Shown in pieces: positions 20,194 to 30,172 of a stretch of 64,000 nt of DNA (positions are counted from its first letter, which is position 1; the number at the start of each line of letters is the position of its first letter). The notes beneath the pieces are model-generated. The model ran no database searches. It saw only the letters and a program-made list of their open reading frames with translations, and was not told the DNA's origin. The translations under genes and the position numbers were made by a program. The DNA is from Clostridia bacterium (GTDB lineage: Bacteria > Bacillota > Clostridia > UMGS1883): positions 8,784 to 72,783 of the forward strand of contig JAZTXM010000006.1 in NCBI GenBank assembly GCA_045636425.1, given 5' to 3'.

Positions 20194-22626
20194 TTACATC
20201 ATGCTGTACGGATTAATATCCGCAATTACCGATAAATCGGAATTTCGTTTTTTCGGGCTTTCGTGAAGAGTGTCCCGAAGAATACGGATAAAATCCTCAT
20301 CGGCTCGGCATTTAAGCCATAGCCTCATTCTGTATCTTCCCTGAATTTTGTTTACGGGGGCAGGCGAAGGGCCGTAGAACTTACAGTTGTCATAACCACG
20401 CAGGGCAACTCTCAGCTTCATTGCGATGCTGCCTATCGCCTTTTCCGCCTCCTCACGGTCGGAGGAAGATACCATTATATTTATAATATCACAAAACGGG
20501 GGATAAATAAACTCCCGTCTGTAGGAAATTTCATCCTCAAAGAACGCCTTGTAATCCTGTGATGCCGCAAGAAGAAGCGTGGGATTTTCAGGCTCATACG
20601 TCTGAATGACGCATCTGCCCTTTTTTTCGCCCCTGCCTGCTCTGCCGCATACCTGTGTTATCAGATTAAAGGTACGCTCCTGCGCCCTGAAATCATCAAC
20701 GTTAAGCGAGGCGTCCGCCGCCAATACACCCACCAGGGTTACATTTTCAAAATCAAGCCCCTTTGTAACCATTTGCGTGCCCAAGAGAATGTCGGTCTTT
20801 TCACCGTCAAACTGCTCCAAAAGCTTTTCGTGACCGCGTTTTCCGCTTGTGGTATCTGCATCCATTCTAAGGGTTTTTGCAGAGGGGAAGATGCTTTCAA
20901 TCTGCTCCTGCGCTTTTTGCGTGCCTCTGCCAAAATCACGAACACGGCTCCCCCCACATTTGGGGCAAATGCTTTTAACCTTTTCTCTGTAATCGCAGTA
21001 ATGGCACCTTAGAGAATCGCTGTTTTTGTGATACGTCAACGACACACTGCAATTGGGACAGGAAAACACATATCCGCATTCACGGCAGGAAACGAAGGTG
21101 GAATACCCACGTCTGTTAAGAAACAGAATCGTCTGCTCGCCGCTTTTGATATTTGAATCAATTTCTTTTGCAAGAAATCGGCTTAAAACAGTTTTATTTC
21201 CCTCTTTAAGCTCCTGACGCATATCGGAAATAAAAACTTCGGGAAGTGGCATTTTGTTATATCTTTCCGAAAGCTCTATTAAAGTATATTCGCCGCATTT
21301 TGCTTTATAATAGCTTTCAACAGCCGGAGTTGCACTACCCAAAATAAGCGGACAATCATGCTCTTTTGCAAGATATGCCGCAATATCGCGGGCATGATAA
21401 CGGGGAGAAGCTTCCGATTTATAGGATTGCTCATGTTCCTCGTCAATTATTATTGCTCCTAAATTATCACAGGGAGCAAAAATTGCACTTCTTGCACCGA
21501 TAATAAGCCTTGCCTCACCACGGCGGATTCTTCTCCATTCGTCCAGCCTCTCTCCCAAAGAAAGAGCGCTGTGAATAACAGCCACATTTTTGCCGAATCG
21601 GCTGAAAAAACGACTTGTCATCTGCGGAGTGAGAGCAATTTCGGGTACAAGAATTATAATTTGCTTGTTTTTTTCCAACGCCTTGGAAACTATGCTCATA
21701 TACACTTCGGTTTTACCGCTTCCCGTAACTCCGTGTATGAGAAAAGTTCCTCTTTTGCTATCTGTTATAGCCTTAGAGGCTTCCTGTTGCATCTTTGACA
21801 GCTTAAGGGGGGCAGGCTCGGAAGAAGCTTTTCCCTCCAAGGGATTCCGAAGAACCTCCGTCTCGCGAAAATCTATTAAATGCTTTACGTAAAGGGACTC
21901 CACGGCATTTCGTGCAGCACCTGAAACGCGTAATAAATCGGGAACGGAAAGCTCGCCAAGCTCGCTTAAAGCTCTAAGCACCGCCGCCTGACGGGGGGCG
22001 TTCTTTTCAAGCTTTTCAATATAATATGAAATGTTTTCCTCGCCGCAGTAAAAAGCTAATCGGATTGTCTTTTCATTTGCACGGCGTTTATCACGAAAGC
22101 TTTTTTCTAAGATGCCCTTTTTTATAAGTGCATTTACCGTGGCTCTGGCATTTTTACCCAAAAGACTTTTAATCTGCTCTATTTCCGCACTGCCGTCGGA
22201 TTGCTCTAAAAGCTGCAAAAGCTGTTCCTGCTTAACCCCTTTAACGGAGGAAAGCAAATCGGAATATTCGTGGGTAAGTGAAATCCATTCCTCAAATTTT
22301 GCATCCGTTCCGGGAGGAAGGCATAGCTGTGCCGCCTCGGAAAAGGTGCAAAAGTATCTTTCCCTCATGTGAAAGCATAGACCGATACTGCTTTTTGTCA
22401 GCACGGGAAGCTCATCTGTTAAGGATTTAATTTCCTTGAGTGCTTCAAAGCTGCTGACATCCTTAAGCTCGGTAACATAAGCCTCTTTCGGTAGATTCCC
22501 CGTGCCGAAAGGAATTTTAACACGGCATCCTACCGCGATTTTATCCTCCATGGTCTCGGGCACAAGGTAGTCAAAAGGCTTATCAATATTCAGGTTTTTT
22601 GTATTTACATAAACCTGAGCAATCAT
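20194..22626 (-). CDS. priA: Primosomal protein N' (replication restart helicase)
   Basis: 810 aa; DEEH helicase core with Walker A GVTGSGKT and a Cys4 zinc-binding region. Confidence 0.9.
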   Translation of the reverse strand: MIAQVYVNTKNLNIDKPFDYLVPETMEDKIAVGCRVKIPFGTGNLPKEAYVTELKDVSSFEALKEIKSLTDELPVLTKSSIGLCFHMRERYFCTFSEAAQLCLPPGTDAKFEEWISLTHEYSDLLSSVKGVKQEQLLQLLEQSDGSAEIEQIKSLLGKNARATVNALIKKGILEKSFRDKRRANEKTIRLAFYCGEENISYYIEKLEKNAPRQAAVLRALSELGELSVPDLLRVSGAARNAVESLYVKHLIDFRETEVLRNPLEGKASSEPAPLKLSKMQQEASKAITDSKRGTFLIHGVTGSGKTEVYMSIVSKALEKNKQIIILVPEIALTPQMTSRFFSRFGKNVAVIHSALSLGERLDEWRRIRRGEARLIIGARSAIFAPCDNLGAIIIDEEHEQSYKSEASPRYHARDIAAYLAKEHDCPLILGSATPAVESYYKAKCGEYTLIELSERYNKMPLPEVFISDMRQELKEGNKTVLSRFLAKEIDSNIKSGEQTILFLNRRGYSTFVSCRECGYVFSCPNCSVSLTYHKNSDSLRCHYCDYREKVKSICPKCGGSRVRDFGRGTQKAQEQIESIFPSAKTLRMDADTTSGKRGHEKLLEQFDGEKTDILLGTQMVTKGLDFENVTLVGVLAADASLNVDDFRAQERTFNLITQVCGRAGRGEKKGRCVIQTYEPENPTLLLAASQDYKAFFEDEISYRREFIYPPFCDIINIMVSSSDREEAEKAIGSIAMKLRVALRGYDNCKFYGPSPAPVNKIQGRYRMRLWLKCRADEDFIRILRDTLHESPKKRNSDLSVIADINPYSMM

Positions 22627-22628
22627 AA

Positions 22629-22877
22629 TTATTCTGCCTCGGAATCCAAAGATGCTTCATATTCGGCAATCGCTTCCGAAAAACGCTGCTCTGCAGATTT
22701 CTTTACGCATCTGATTTTACCGTTTGCAATTTCATTTATCGCGCGGGAAACCGTCTTGTCATTGCCTGAATCGGAAACGAGCTGACGGGCACGCTTCGCG
22801 GTAACAATTACAAGTGAATAACGGGAATCAAGTCCCTCCATAAGTTTTGAAATTTCGGGATACAACATATTTATCAT
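22629..22877 (-). CDS. rpoZ: DNA-directed RNA polymerase subunit omega
   Basis: [14 protein letters not shown] motif; true start may be the internal MLYPEI. Confidence 0.8.
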   Translation of the reverse strand: MINMLYPEISKLMEGLDSRYSLVIVTAKRARQLVSDSGNDKTVSRAINEIANGKIRCVKKSAEQRFSEAIAEYEASLDSEAE

Positions 22878-23494
22878 TACCTTTCTATATTTAAAAATTC
22901 TTTTTCAATATATTTGTAGTTTCGGCAAAGGAGACAATGCTCCGCCTTAACAATGGCGTCAAGGCGTGCCACCGCATCCTCCACCGTATCATTAATAAGC
23001 ACATAATTATATTTTTCAATATATTTAAATTCTGCCTTTGCTCTTTCAAGGCGGCTTAAAATTACATCCTCTGTTTCCGTGCCTCTGCCGCGGAGTCTTG
23101 CCTCCAAATCCTCTACCCGAGGGGGGAGAACAAATATAAATACCGCTTCGGGATAATGAGCACGAACCTGAAGTGCGCCCTGAACTTCAATCTCCAGTAT
23201 TACATCCTTGCCGCTTTCTATCATTTCCATAACGGCATCCTTAGGAGTGCCGTAATAATTTTCGCAAAAAACTGCATGTTCCAAAAATCCGTCTGCATCT
23301 ATTCTCTTTCTGAATTCCTCGTGGCTCAGAAAAAAGTAGTTTACACCGTCAATTTCGCCCTCGCGGGGATTGCGTGTGGTTGCAGATACGGAAAGGGTGC
23401 AATCATCGTGGGTGCGGAGATATTCCTTGCAGACAGTACCCTTGCCAACGCCGGAGGGACCGGAAATGACAAGGAGCAAGCCCTTTTTCTTCAT
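22877..23494 (-). CDS. gmk: Guanylate kinase
   Basis: P-loop GPSGVGKGT and guanylate kinase signature. Confidence 0.9.
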   Translation of the reverse strand: MKKKGLLLVISGPSGVGKGTVCKEYLRTHDDCTLSVSATTRNPREGEIDGVNYFFLSHEEFRKRIDADGFLEHAVFCENYYGTPKDAVMEMIESGKDVILEIEVQGALQVRAHYPEAVFIFVLPPRVEDLEARLRGRGTETEDVILSRLERAKAEFKYIEKYNYVLINDTVEDAVARLDAIVKAEHCLLCRNYKYIEKEFLNIER

Positions 23495-23500
23495 ATGTAA

Positions 23501-23776
23501 TCAATCCTTTCTGTCTTCATCATCAAACTCCGCATAGCTTCCGTGCCTCTGTGCGATCATATCGGGAGTCAGCGCGGAAAGTATAACGTGTTCGCTGTCG
23601 GTTACGATAACGCTTTTTGTTTTTCTGCCGTAGGTGGCATCGATAAGCATGCCTTTTTCCCTTGCCTCCTGGGCGATTCGCTTCACGGGAGCACTTTCGG
23701 GAAGAACAATGCTTACTATTCTTTCGTCGGAAACTAAATTTCCGAATCCGATATTAACTAATTTCATATTAAACAA
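23501..23776 (-). CDS. remA: RemA/YlzA (DUF370) family regulator
   Basis: 91 aa; conserved position between gmk and yicC. Confidence 0.75.
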   Translation of the reverse strand: MFNMKLVNIGFGNLVSDERIVSIVLPESAPVKRIAQEAREKGMLIDATYGRKTKSVIVTDSEHVILSALTPDMIAQRHGSYAEFDDEDRKD

Positions 23777-23824
23777 TCCTTTTTTTGAGAATGCAAAATT
23801 ACGGTGCTGGTTTTCTCCACTTTT

Positions 23825-24703
23825 TTACTCAACGTTTTGTATCTGCTCACGCAACTTCTCAATCTCTGCCTTTACATCAATCACAATTCTTGCCACATCA
23901 AGGTCGTTGGATTTTGAGCCTATTGTATTGATTTCACGATTCATTTCCTGAATCAGAAAGTCTATCTTTCGTCCTACGCATCCGCCGCCACATAGCATCT
24001 CGGTAAACTGCTCCACGTGGCTTCTTAAGCGAACGGTTTCCTCATTCACATTTACCTTATCGGCAAAAATTGCAACCTCGGTAAGAAGCCTTGCTTCATC
24101 GTATGAGGCACTTCCCAGGATATCCTTCATTCTTTCTTCGATTCTTTGGCGGTACTCCGATACGATTTTGGGAGAACGCTCCTCAACCTTAGCTGTAGCA
24201 TCCAATATAAAAGCAAGGTGCTCTTTAAGGTCACACTCAAGCTTTGCGCCCTCGGCAATACGCATGGAATCAAATCCGCAAAGTGCTTCACAAAGAGCTT
24301 TAAGCACCGTTTCTTTAATCAGATTCTCGTCCTCGGGTGCTTTGTCCAAGGCAAAAATGTCGGGAATGCGAAGAAATGTCTCCGCCGTGGTATTGCTTGA
24401 AATCTGAAGCTCCGAAGAAAGGGTACGAAGACCCTGCAGGTATTCCTTTGCCAGTGCAGTGTTTACTTTAACGACGCTGTCATCCTCGCCGCTTGACTCT
24501 ACATTTACATATATGTCCACCTTGCCTCGGTTTATCTTCTCCTGTGCCGCCTTGCGGATAGCATCCTCCAGGAAGGTATATACCCTGGGCATTTTAATGG
24601 AAAAATCGCTGTATCTTGAATTAACCGATTTAATTTCAACGGTAAAGGTCTTATTTCCCATTTCTGCCTTTCCGCTTCCGTAGCCTGTCATGCTTTTTAT
24701 CAT
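23825..24703 (-). CDS. YicC/YloC family stress-induced protein
   Basis: Start moved to ATG at 24703 (MIKSMTGYG), RBS GGAG; YicC N- and C-terminal (DUF1732) domains. Confidence 0.8.
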   Translation of the reverse strand: MIKSMTGYGSGKAEMGNKTFTVEIKSVNSRYSDFSIKMPRVYTFLEDAIRKAAQEKINRGKVDIYVNVESSGEDDSVVKVNTALAKEYLQGLRTLSSELQISSNTTAETFLRIPDIFALDKAPEDENLIKETVLKALCEALCGFDSMRIAEGAKLECDLKEHLAFILDATAKVEERSPKIVSEYRQRIEERMKDILGSASYDEARLLTEVAIFADKVNVNEETVRLRSHVEQFTEMLCGGGCVGRKIDFLIQEMNREINTIGSKSNDLDVARIVIDVKAEIEKLREQIQNVE

Positions 24704-24911
24704 AAGAAAAATCTCCATTCTCTTAATAGGGTATAACACCCCATAATTATTAAACATTATATCATACTTAAGTAGAGTTAGTCAACTGTTTTAATTATAG
24801 ACGGGAAAATTGAAAATTTTTTACACTAAATTGAAAAGAAAGTAGGTTGTTTTTATTTTTTGTATATGATAAAATAAACAAATAATAATCTACCAAAAGG
24901 AGAAAGGTACA

Positions 24912-25868
24912 ATGATAAGACAACAGGCTTTTACAGGCAATAACAAAATGCTTAAGGGAGCTCTTCACTGCCACACCACACGCAGTGACGGAAATCAGAC
25001 GCCCGAAGAAGCAATGCATAAATATAAGGACGGCGGATATGACTTTGTGGCACTTACCGACCACAGAAAATATAACTTTGTCAATTACGCACCCGAAACG
25101 GGGCTTTTGCTTATTCCCGGTATGGAATATGATTCGTTTATTCATAAGGATGAATACGGCAGAATCTGCCACCACACTGTATGCCTCGGACCTCTTAAGG
25201 AGGACGGAAACGGATTCGAGCAGGACGATATAGGTCCCGAAAGACCATATGTTTCAGACAATGAAATGTACCAGGGGTATCTTGACGAAATCCATGCAAA
25301 GAACAATATCACAATTCACGCTCATCCCGAATGGAGCAATACGCCTCTTACCATGTTTAATTGCCTCAAGGGAAATTTTGCTATGGAAATCTATAACCAT
25401 GGCGGAGTGCTTGGTTACGAAATGGATGCGGACAACGGTCTTTACTGGGATCAGCTTTTAGCAGAAGGAAAGCGTGTCTGGGGTGTAGCGACAGATGATG
25501 CTCACGGAGAGAGGCATTTTGGCGGCGGATGGGTAATGGTGAATGCAGAGAAAAACGTAAATTCCGTGCTGGAAGCTCTTAGTGAAGGCAGATTTTATGC
25601 CTCCACGGGTCCTGAAATCTATGATTTTTACGTAGATGATGACAACATCGCTCACATTAAGTGTTCGCCCGTTAAAAAGATTCTTCTCCAGGGTTGCAAG
25701 CATCCTCACAGGCTGTTCCCGAAAGGCAAAGCAGCTTTGGAAGGACCTGTGACGGAGGCTGAGTTCAAGCTGGAAACCAAAACAGGGCTTTACGAATATT
25801 GCCGCTTTACAATAATAGACGAAAACGGCAAAAAAGCATGGACAAATCCCATATTTTTAAAAAAATAA
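24912..25868 (+). CDS. PHP-domain metal-dependent phosphoesterase
   Basis: HCHTTRSDG...ALTDH PHP motifs. Confidence 0.6.
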   Translation: MIRQQAFTGNNKMLKGALHCHTTRSDGNQTPEEAMHKYKDGGYDFVALTDHRKYNFVNYAPETGLLLIPGMEYDSFIHKDEYGRICHHTVCLGPLKEDGNGFEQDDIGPERPYVSDNEMYQGYLDEIHAKNNITIHAHPEWSNTPLTMFNCLKGNFAMEIYNHGGVLGYEMDADNGLYWDQLLAEGKRVWGVATDDAHGERHFGGGWVMVNAEKNVNSVLEALSEGRFYASTGPEIYDFYVDDDNIAHIKCSPVKKILLQGCKHPHRLFPKGKAALEGPVTEAEFKLETKTGLYEYCRFTIIDENGKKAWTNPIFLKK

Positions 25869-26006
25869 AAAAGACAACAGTGAGAAAAGGCTCTATAATA
25901 TCTATAGATTGCTCGCGCAACATAGATGTTATAGAGCCTTTAAGCTTTATTTAAGGTATAAATACTACTATAAAATAGTATTTATGCTATAATGGAGGTT
26001 TGTCAG

Positions 26007-28259
26007 ATGAAAAAAATGAAAGAGTGGATGAAGGACGGATACGCATGGCTAAAAAAATGGGCTGCCGTTCCTTTCGCAAAGTATAAAACGCTTAATAAAG
26101 GGGCAAAAAGAGCAGTTTGCCTTGTGCTGGCAATTTTAGTTGCGGCATCAGGCTTTGGTATATGGAAATGGCACAGTGCTTCCGAGGCTACCGTGGCAAA
26201 GGCAAGCGGCACCTCAATTGTCAGACAGGGCAGTCTTACCAACAGTATCACGGGAAGCGGTACAGTGGAGCCTATCGAACAGCGTGAAATTGTTCCCGAG
26301 GTAAACGGAAAGATTATCGAGTCGTATTTTAACGAGGGCGACAGCGTTAACGAGGGAGATGTTCTCTATCGCTTTGAAATGACTGCGGCGGAAAATGCGA
26401 TTGAAAGTGCTCAGAACAACGTGGAAAAAGCACAGACCACCCTTTCAAACAGGCAGAGCAATCTCGAAAAGGTACGTGAAAATATAGCAAATCTCACAAT
26501 TAAAGCCACCGTTTCAGGAAAAATCAGTGATATGTCCCTTCGTGTGGGAGAGGATGCATCGGGAAAAATCTGCACAATCACCAATTTCAAGGAACAGACT
26601 GCCACGATTCCTTTCAGCTCCGCACAGATAAAGAACATCAGCGTGGGCGACAATGTAGATGTGGCAATCGATAAATATATGATAAACACCACAGGTAAGG
26701 TAATACGCAAATATACTGCACCTGATACCCTCCCAAGCGGTGCGGTTGTGTACTATGTGGAAATAAGGCTTGATGATAAATATACCGTTGAAGAAAATGT
26801 AAATGTCACTGCTACTGTAAACAGCAAAAGCGGAAAGATAAGCTCCGCTTCCTACGGCAGTGTAAAATATGCCGATCCCGTGACGGTAAATGCCGACCAG
26901 CGAGGTGAGGTTTCAAGGATTAACTTTAAAAACGGCGACTGGGTGGACGAGGGTCAAATTATTGCCGTGCTTAAAAACAACGACCTTAACGACGAGCTCA
27001 GAACAGCTCAGCAAAACCTTAAGGAAGCACAGATGAACCTCACGGAATCCCTCAACAATCTTGAGGACAAAGAGGAAGAAGCAAACGAATACATAGTTAC
27101 ATCCCCCATAAACGGCGTTATCCTCACAAAGGATTATTTTGTGGGCGACACAATAAGCGGACAAAATCCCCCTGCCCTTATGGTAGTTGCGGATATGAGC
27201 AAGATGAAATTCACAATTTCAGCCGATGAGCTTGACATTGCAAAAATTCAGGTGGGCCAGAGCGTAACGGTAACGGCGGACGCACTTTCAAATCAAAGGC
27301 TGAGAGGCACAATTACTGCCGTGTCAAAGCTGGGAACCTCCTCAAATGGCGTTACCAACTATCCCATTGAGGTTACCATAGACGAGCCGGGAGAGCTTAT
27401 GCCCGGAATGAACGTAAGTGCACAGATTATAGTAGAGCAATCCTACAACAGCCTTTATCTCCCTGTTGAGGCGGTCGAATACTACGACGGCAAATATTAT
27501 GTTACAGTTGTGGGCGAGGTAGAAAATATGCCCGAACCTCAGATGCAGGGTGGATTTGGAGCAAGAGGGCAGGGCGGCTTCTCACAGGACAAAAAGACAA
27601 ATACTGATTCTGAAAACAAAGCTTCCGATGAGAAAAAGCAGGAGAGCAGTAACACTGAAGCAAAAAATCAAAATCCGCAAAACAGTGAAAAACCAAGCTT
27701 TGGCGGAGAAAGACCAAATTTCAGCGGTGAAAGACCTGCGGGAACGGGAAATTGGAGCAGACAGGAAAACGCCCCCCAAAACGAGGAAAGTGTGAAACCA
27801 CAAGCTGCTCCTGCACAAAATACGGAAAAACCCGCAGAGGGCAAGGAGGAAAAGCCTGCCGAAGAAAATAAGACAACGGCAAAAGAAAACGCAAAACCCT
27901 CCGGTGAGGAAAAATCGGGCAAGGAAAGCGGAGAAAAAACAAACAATTTTAACAGGGGCAATATGCAGATGCCTCAAAGGCAAAATCAGGAAGATCTCAA
28001 AATAAAATACTACGGAAAAGAAAAACGTGTCGAAGTAACAATCGGCATAAAAACAGACACCGCCTATGAAATTTTAAGCGGTGTAGAGTACGGTCAGGTT
28101 GTTAAAAACACAGTCCAGGTAACACAGTCAGGCTCCAGAACAGGTGCTTCTAACCGCGGCGGCATGGGCGGCTTCGGCGGAGGAATGATGGGCGGTATGC
28201 CGGCGGGAATGGGCGGAAACAACCGTGCCACCAACCGTAATTTCGGAGGCGGAAGATAA
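26007..28259 (+). CDS. HlyD/MacA-family efflux adaptor with a roughly 230-aa low-complexity C-terminal extension
   Basis: N-terminal TM anchor, coiled-coil and beta-barrel MFP core to about residue 520, then an E/K/N/Q/P-rich disordered region and a Gly/Met-rich tail. Start chosen at 26007 after RBS GGAGG. Confidence 0.7.
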   Translation: MKKMKEWMKDGYAWLKKWAAVPFAKYKTLNKGAKRAVCLVLAILVAASGFGIWKWHSASEATVAKASGTSIVRQGSLTNSITGSGTVEPIEQREIVPEVNGKIIESYFNEGDSVNEGDVLYRFEMTAAENAIESAQNNVEKAQTTLSNRQSNLEKVRENIANLTIKATVSGKISDMSLRVGEDASGKICTITNFKEQTATIPFSSAQIKNISVGDNVDVAIDKYMINTTGKVIRKYTAPDTLPSGAVVYYVEIRLDDKYTVEENVNVTATVNSKSGKISSASYGSVKYADPVTVNADQRGEVSRINFKNGDWVDEGQIIAVLKNNDLNDELRTAQQNLKEAQMNLTESLNNLEDKEEEANEYIVTSPINGVILTKDYFVGDTISGQNPPALMVVADMSKMKFTISADELDIAKIQVGQSVTVTADALSNQRLRGTITAVSKLGTSSNGVTNYPIEVTIDEPGELMPGMNVSAQIIVEQSYNSLYLPVEAVEYYDGKYYVTVVGEVENMPEPQMQGGFGARGQGGFSQDKKTNTDSENKASDEKKQESSNTEAKNQNPQNSEKPSFGGERPNFSGERPAGTGNWSRQENAPQNEESVKPQAAPAQNTEKPAEGKEEKPAEENKTTAKENAKPSGEEKSGKESGEKTNNFNRGNMQMPQRQNQEDLKIKYYGKEKRVEVTIGIKTDTAYEILSGVEYGQVVKNTVQVTQSGSRTGASNRGGMGGFGGGMMGGMPAGMGGNNRATNRNFGGGR

Positions 28260-28263
28260 GCCT

Positions 28264-28959
28264 ATGATAAGAATTAAGGACATGTATAAAATCTATAAAA
28301 TAGGCGACATTGAGGTGCGTGCATTAAACGGCGTATCCCTTAATGTCAGCCCCAGGGAATTTGTCTCTATCATAGGACCTTCGGGAAGCGGAAAATCAAC
28401 CCTTATGAACATGATAGGCTGCCTTGACGTAGCCACAAGCGGAGAATACTTTTTAGACGGAAGGGCAGTTGAGGCACTCAGTGAAAACGAGCTTGCCTCC
28501 ATCCGAAATGAAAAGATAGGCTTTATCTTTCAGGGCTTTAACCTGTTAAATAAACTAACGGCACTGGAAAACGTAGAGCTTCCCCTAATATATCGCGGAG
28601 TTGATTCGGCGCGTAGGCGTGAGCTTGCCGAGGAGGCACTTTTTCGGGTAGGGCTTGAGGAGCGTATGCATCATAAGCCGAAGGAGCTTTCGGGCGGACA
28701 GCAGCAGAGAGTTGCCATAGCACGTGCCCTTTCCTCAAAACCCCCGCTGATTCTCGCCGACGAGCCTACCGGTAATCTTGACTCTAAAAGCGGTATTGAA
28801 GTTATGAAAATGCTTAAGGAGATTCATGCCGAGGGAAATACAATTGTGCTGATAACTCACGACAGCGATGTTGCAAGGCAGGCGGAGCGTGTCGTAAGAA
28901 TTGCCGACGGCGTTATTACCAGCGATACTACAGTGACAGAGGATGTGAAATGTGAATGA
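28264..28959 (+). CDS. ABC transporter ATP-binding protein (MacB-type)
   Basis: Walker [10 protein letters not shown], signature [15 protein letters not shown]; start at ATG 28264. Confidence 0.85.
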   Translation: MIRIKDMYKIYKIGDIEVRALNGVSLNVSPREFVSIIGPSGSGKSTLMNMIGCLDVATSGEYFLDGRAVEALSENELASIRNEKIGFIFQGFNLLNKLTALENVELPLIYRGVDSARRRELAEEALFRVGLEERMHHKPKELSGGQQQRVAIARALSSKPPLILADEPTGNLDSKSGIEVMKMLKEIHAEGNTIVLITHDSDVARQAERVVRIADGVITSDTTVTEDVKCE

Positions 28960-30149
28960 ATCTATTTATGTCTTTTAAAATGGCACTCAGCAGTATTCTC
29001 AGCTCAAAGGTTCGTTCCTTTCTGACTATGCTGGGTATAATAATCGGCGTTGCGGCAGTTATTATTCTTGTAAACATGGTAACGGCGACAACACTTAACA
29101 TGCGTAATCAGCTTGAAAGCATGGGAACAAATCTTATCAACGTAAATATAAGGCGGGGCGGATGGGGAATGACCAGAAGCGTCAGCGTGGAGGAAATAGA
29201 GAAAATAGCCCAAAACAATCAGGACAGTATTAAATATATAACCCCCGTGGTAAGCTCCAACGCAACCGTTAAATACGGAAGCAGTAACGCTTCCACCTCG
29301 CTTAGCGGAGTAAATGAGCATTACGGAACAATCCGTAATCGAGGCATTGACAGCGGAAGATTTATTACCCCCGACGATGTGGATAACCGCAAATCCGTTG
29401 CAGTTATCGGTGCGTATGTGGCAAGCACGCTTTTCGGTGCACAAAACCCCGTGGGGCAACAGATAAAAATAAATAACGAGCTTTTCACCGTGGTGGGAAT
29501 ACTTACGGCGAAATCCTCAAATGTTTCTCAGGGGGGCGAGGATGACGTGGTAATCATTCCTTATTCCAGGGCAACCCGACTTATAAGGAATGCGAACATT
29601 ACCTCCTTTGCGGTTTCTGCAAAAAATGCCGACACAATGACTGCGGCAACGCAGGCGATTGAAGCATTTCTCTATCAGAAATTCAAATCTGAAAACTCCT
29701 ATACAGTTACAAACCAGGCGGCACAGATTGAAACCGTGGACGATGCACTTGGCTCCATGACACTTCTCATGGCAGGCATTGCAGGTATCTCTCTTATCGT
29801 AGGAGGTATCGGCATTATGAATATTATGCTTGTAACGGTAACGGAAAGAACACGCGAAATAGGTATCAGAAAAGCAATCGGAGCGAAAACAGGGTCTATC
29901 CTTATCCAGTTCCTTATCGAATCGGCAGTTGTAAGCTGCCTTGGAGGTATCCTTGGAATTGGACTTGGCATCGTGGGCAGTTATTTCACCAGTACAAGTA
30001 TGGGAATGCCGACGGTGCCTCTATCGGAGCAGACAACAGTAATTCTCGGCTCATTCATTTTCTCTGCGGCAATAGGAATATTCTTCGGGCTTTACCCTGC
30101 CAGAAAGGCGGCAAAGCTTAATCCTATTGAAGCCCTGAGATTCGAGTAG
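28956..30149 (+). CDS. ABC transporter permease (FtsX/MacB-type)
   Basis: N-terminal TM, a large extracytoplasmic domain and a C-terminal FtsX 3-TM bundle. Confidence 0.85.
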   Translation: MNLFMSFKMALSSILSSKVRSFLTMLGIIIGVAAVIILVNMVTATTLNMRNQLESMGTNLINVNIRRGGWGMTRSVSVEEIEKIAQNNQDSIKYITPVVSSNATVKYGSSNASTSLSGVNEHYGTIRNRGIDSGRFITPDDVDNRKSVAVIGAYVASTLFGAQNPVGQQIKINNELFTVVGILTAKSSNVSQGGEDDVVIIPYSRATRLIRNANITSFAVSAKNADTMTAATQAIEAFLYQKFKSENSYTVTNQAAQIETVDDALGSMTLLMAGIAGISLIVGGIGIMNIMLVTVTERTREIGIRKAIGAKTGSILIQFLIESAVVSCLGGILGIGLGIVGSYFTSTSMGMPTVPLSEQTTVILGSFIFSAAIGIFFGLYPARKAAKLNPIEALRFE

Positions 30150-30172
30150 TCGAAAGGAGAGAAAAAAACAGC

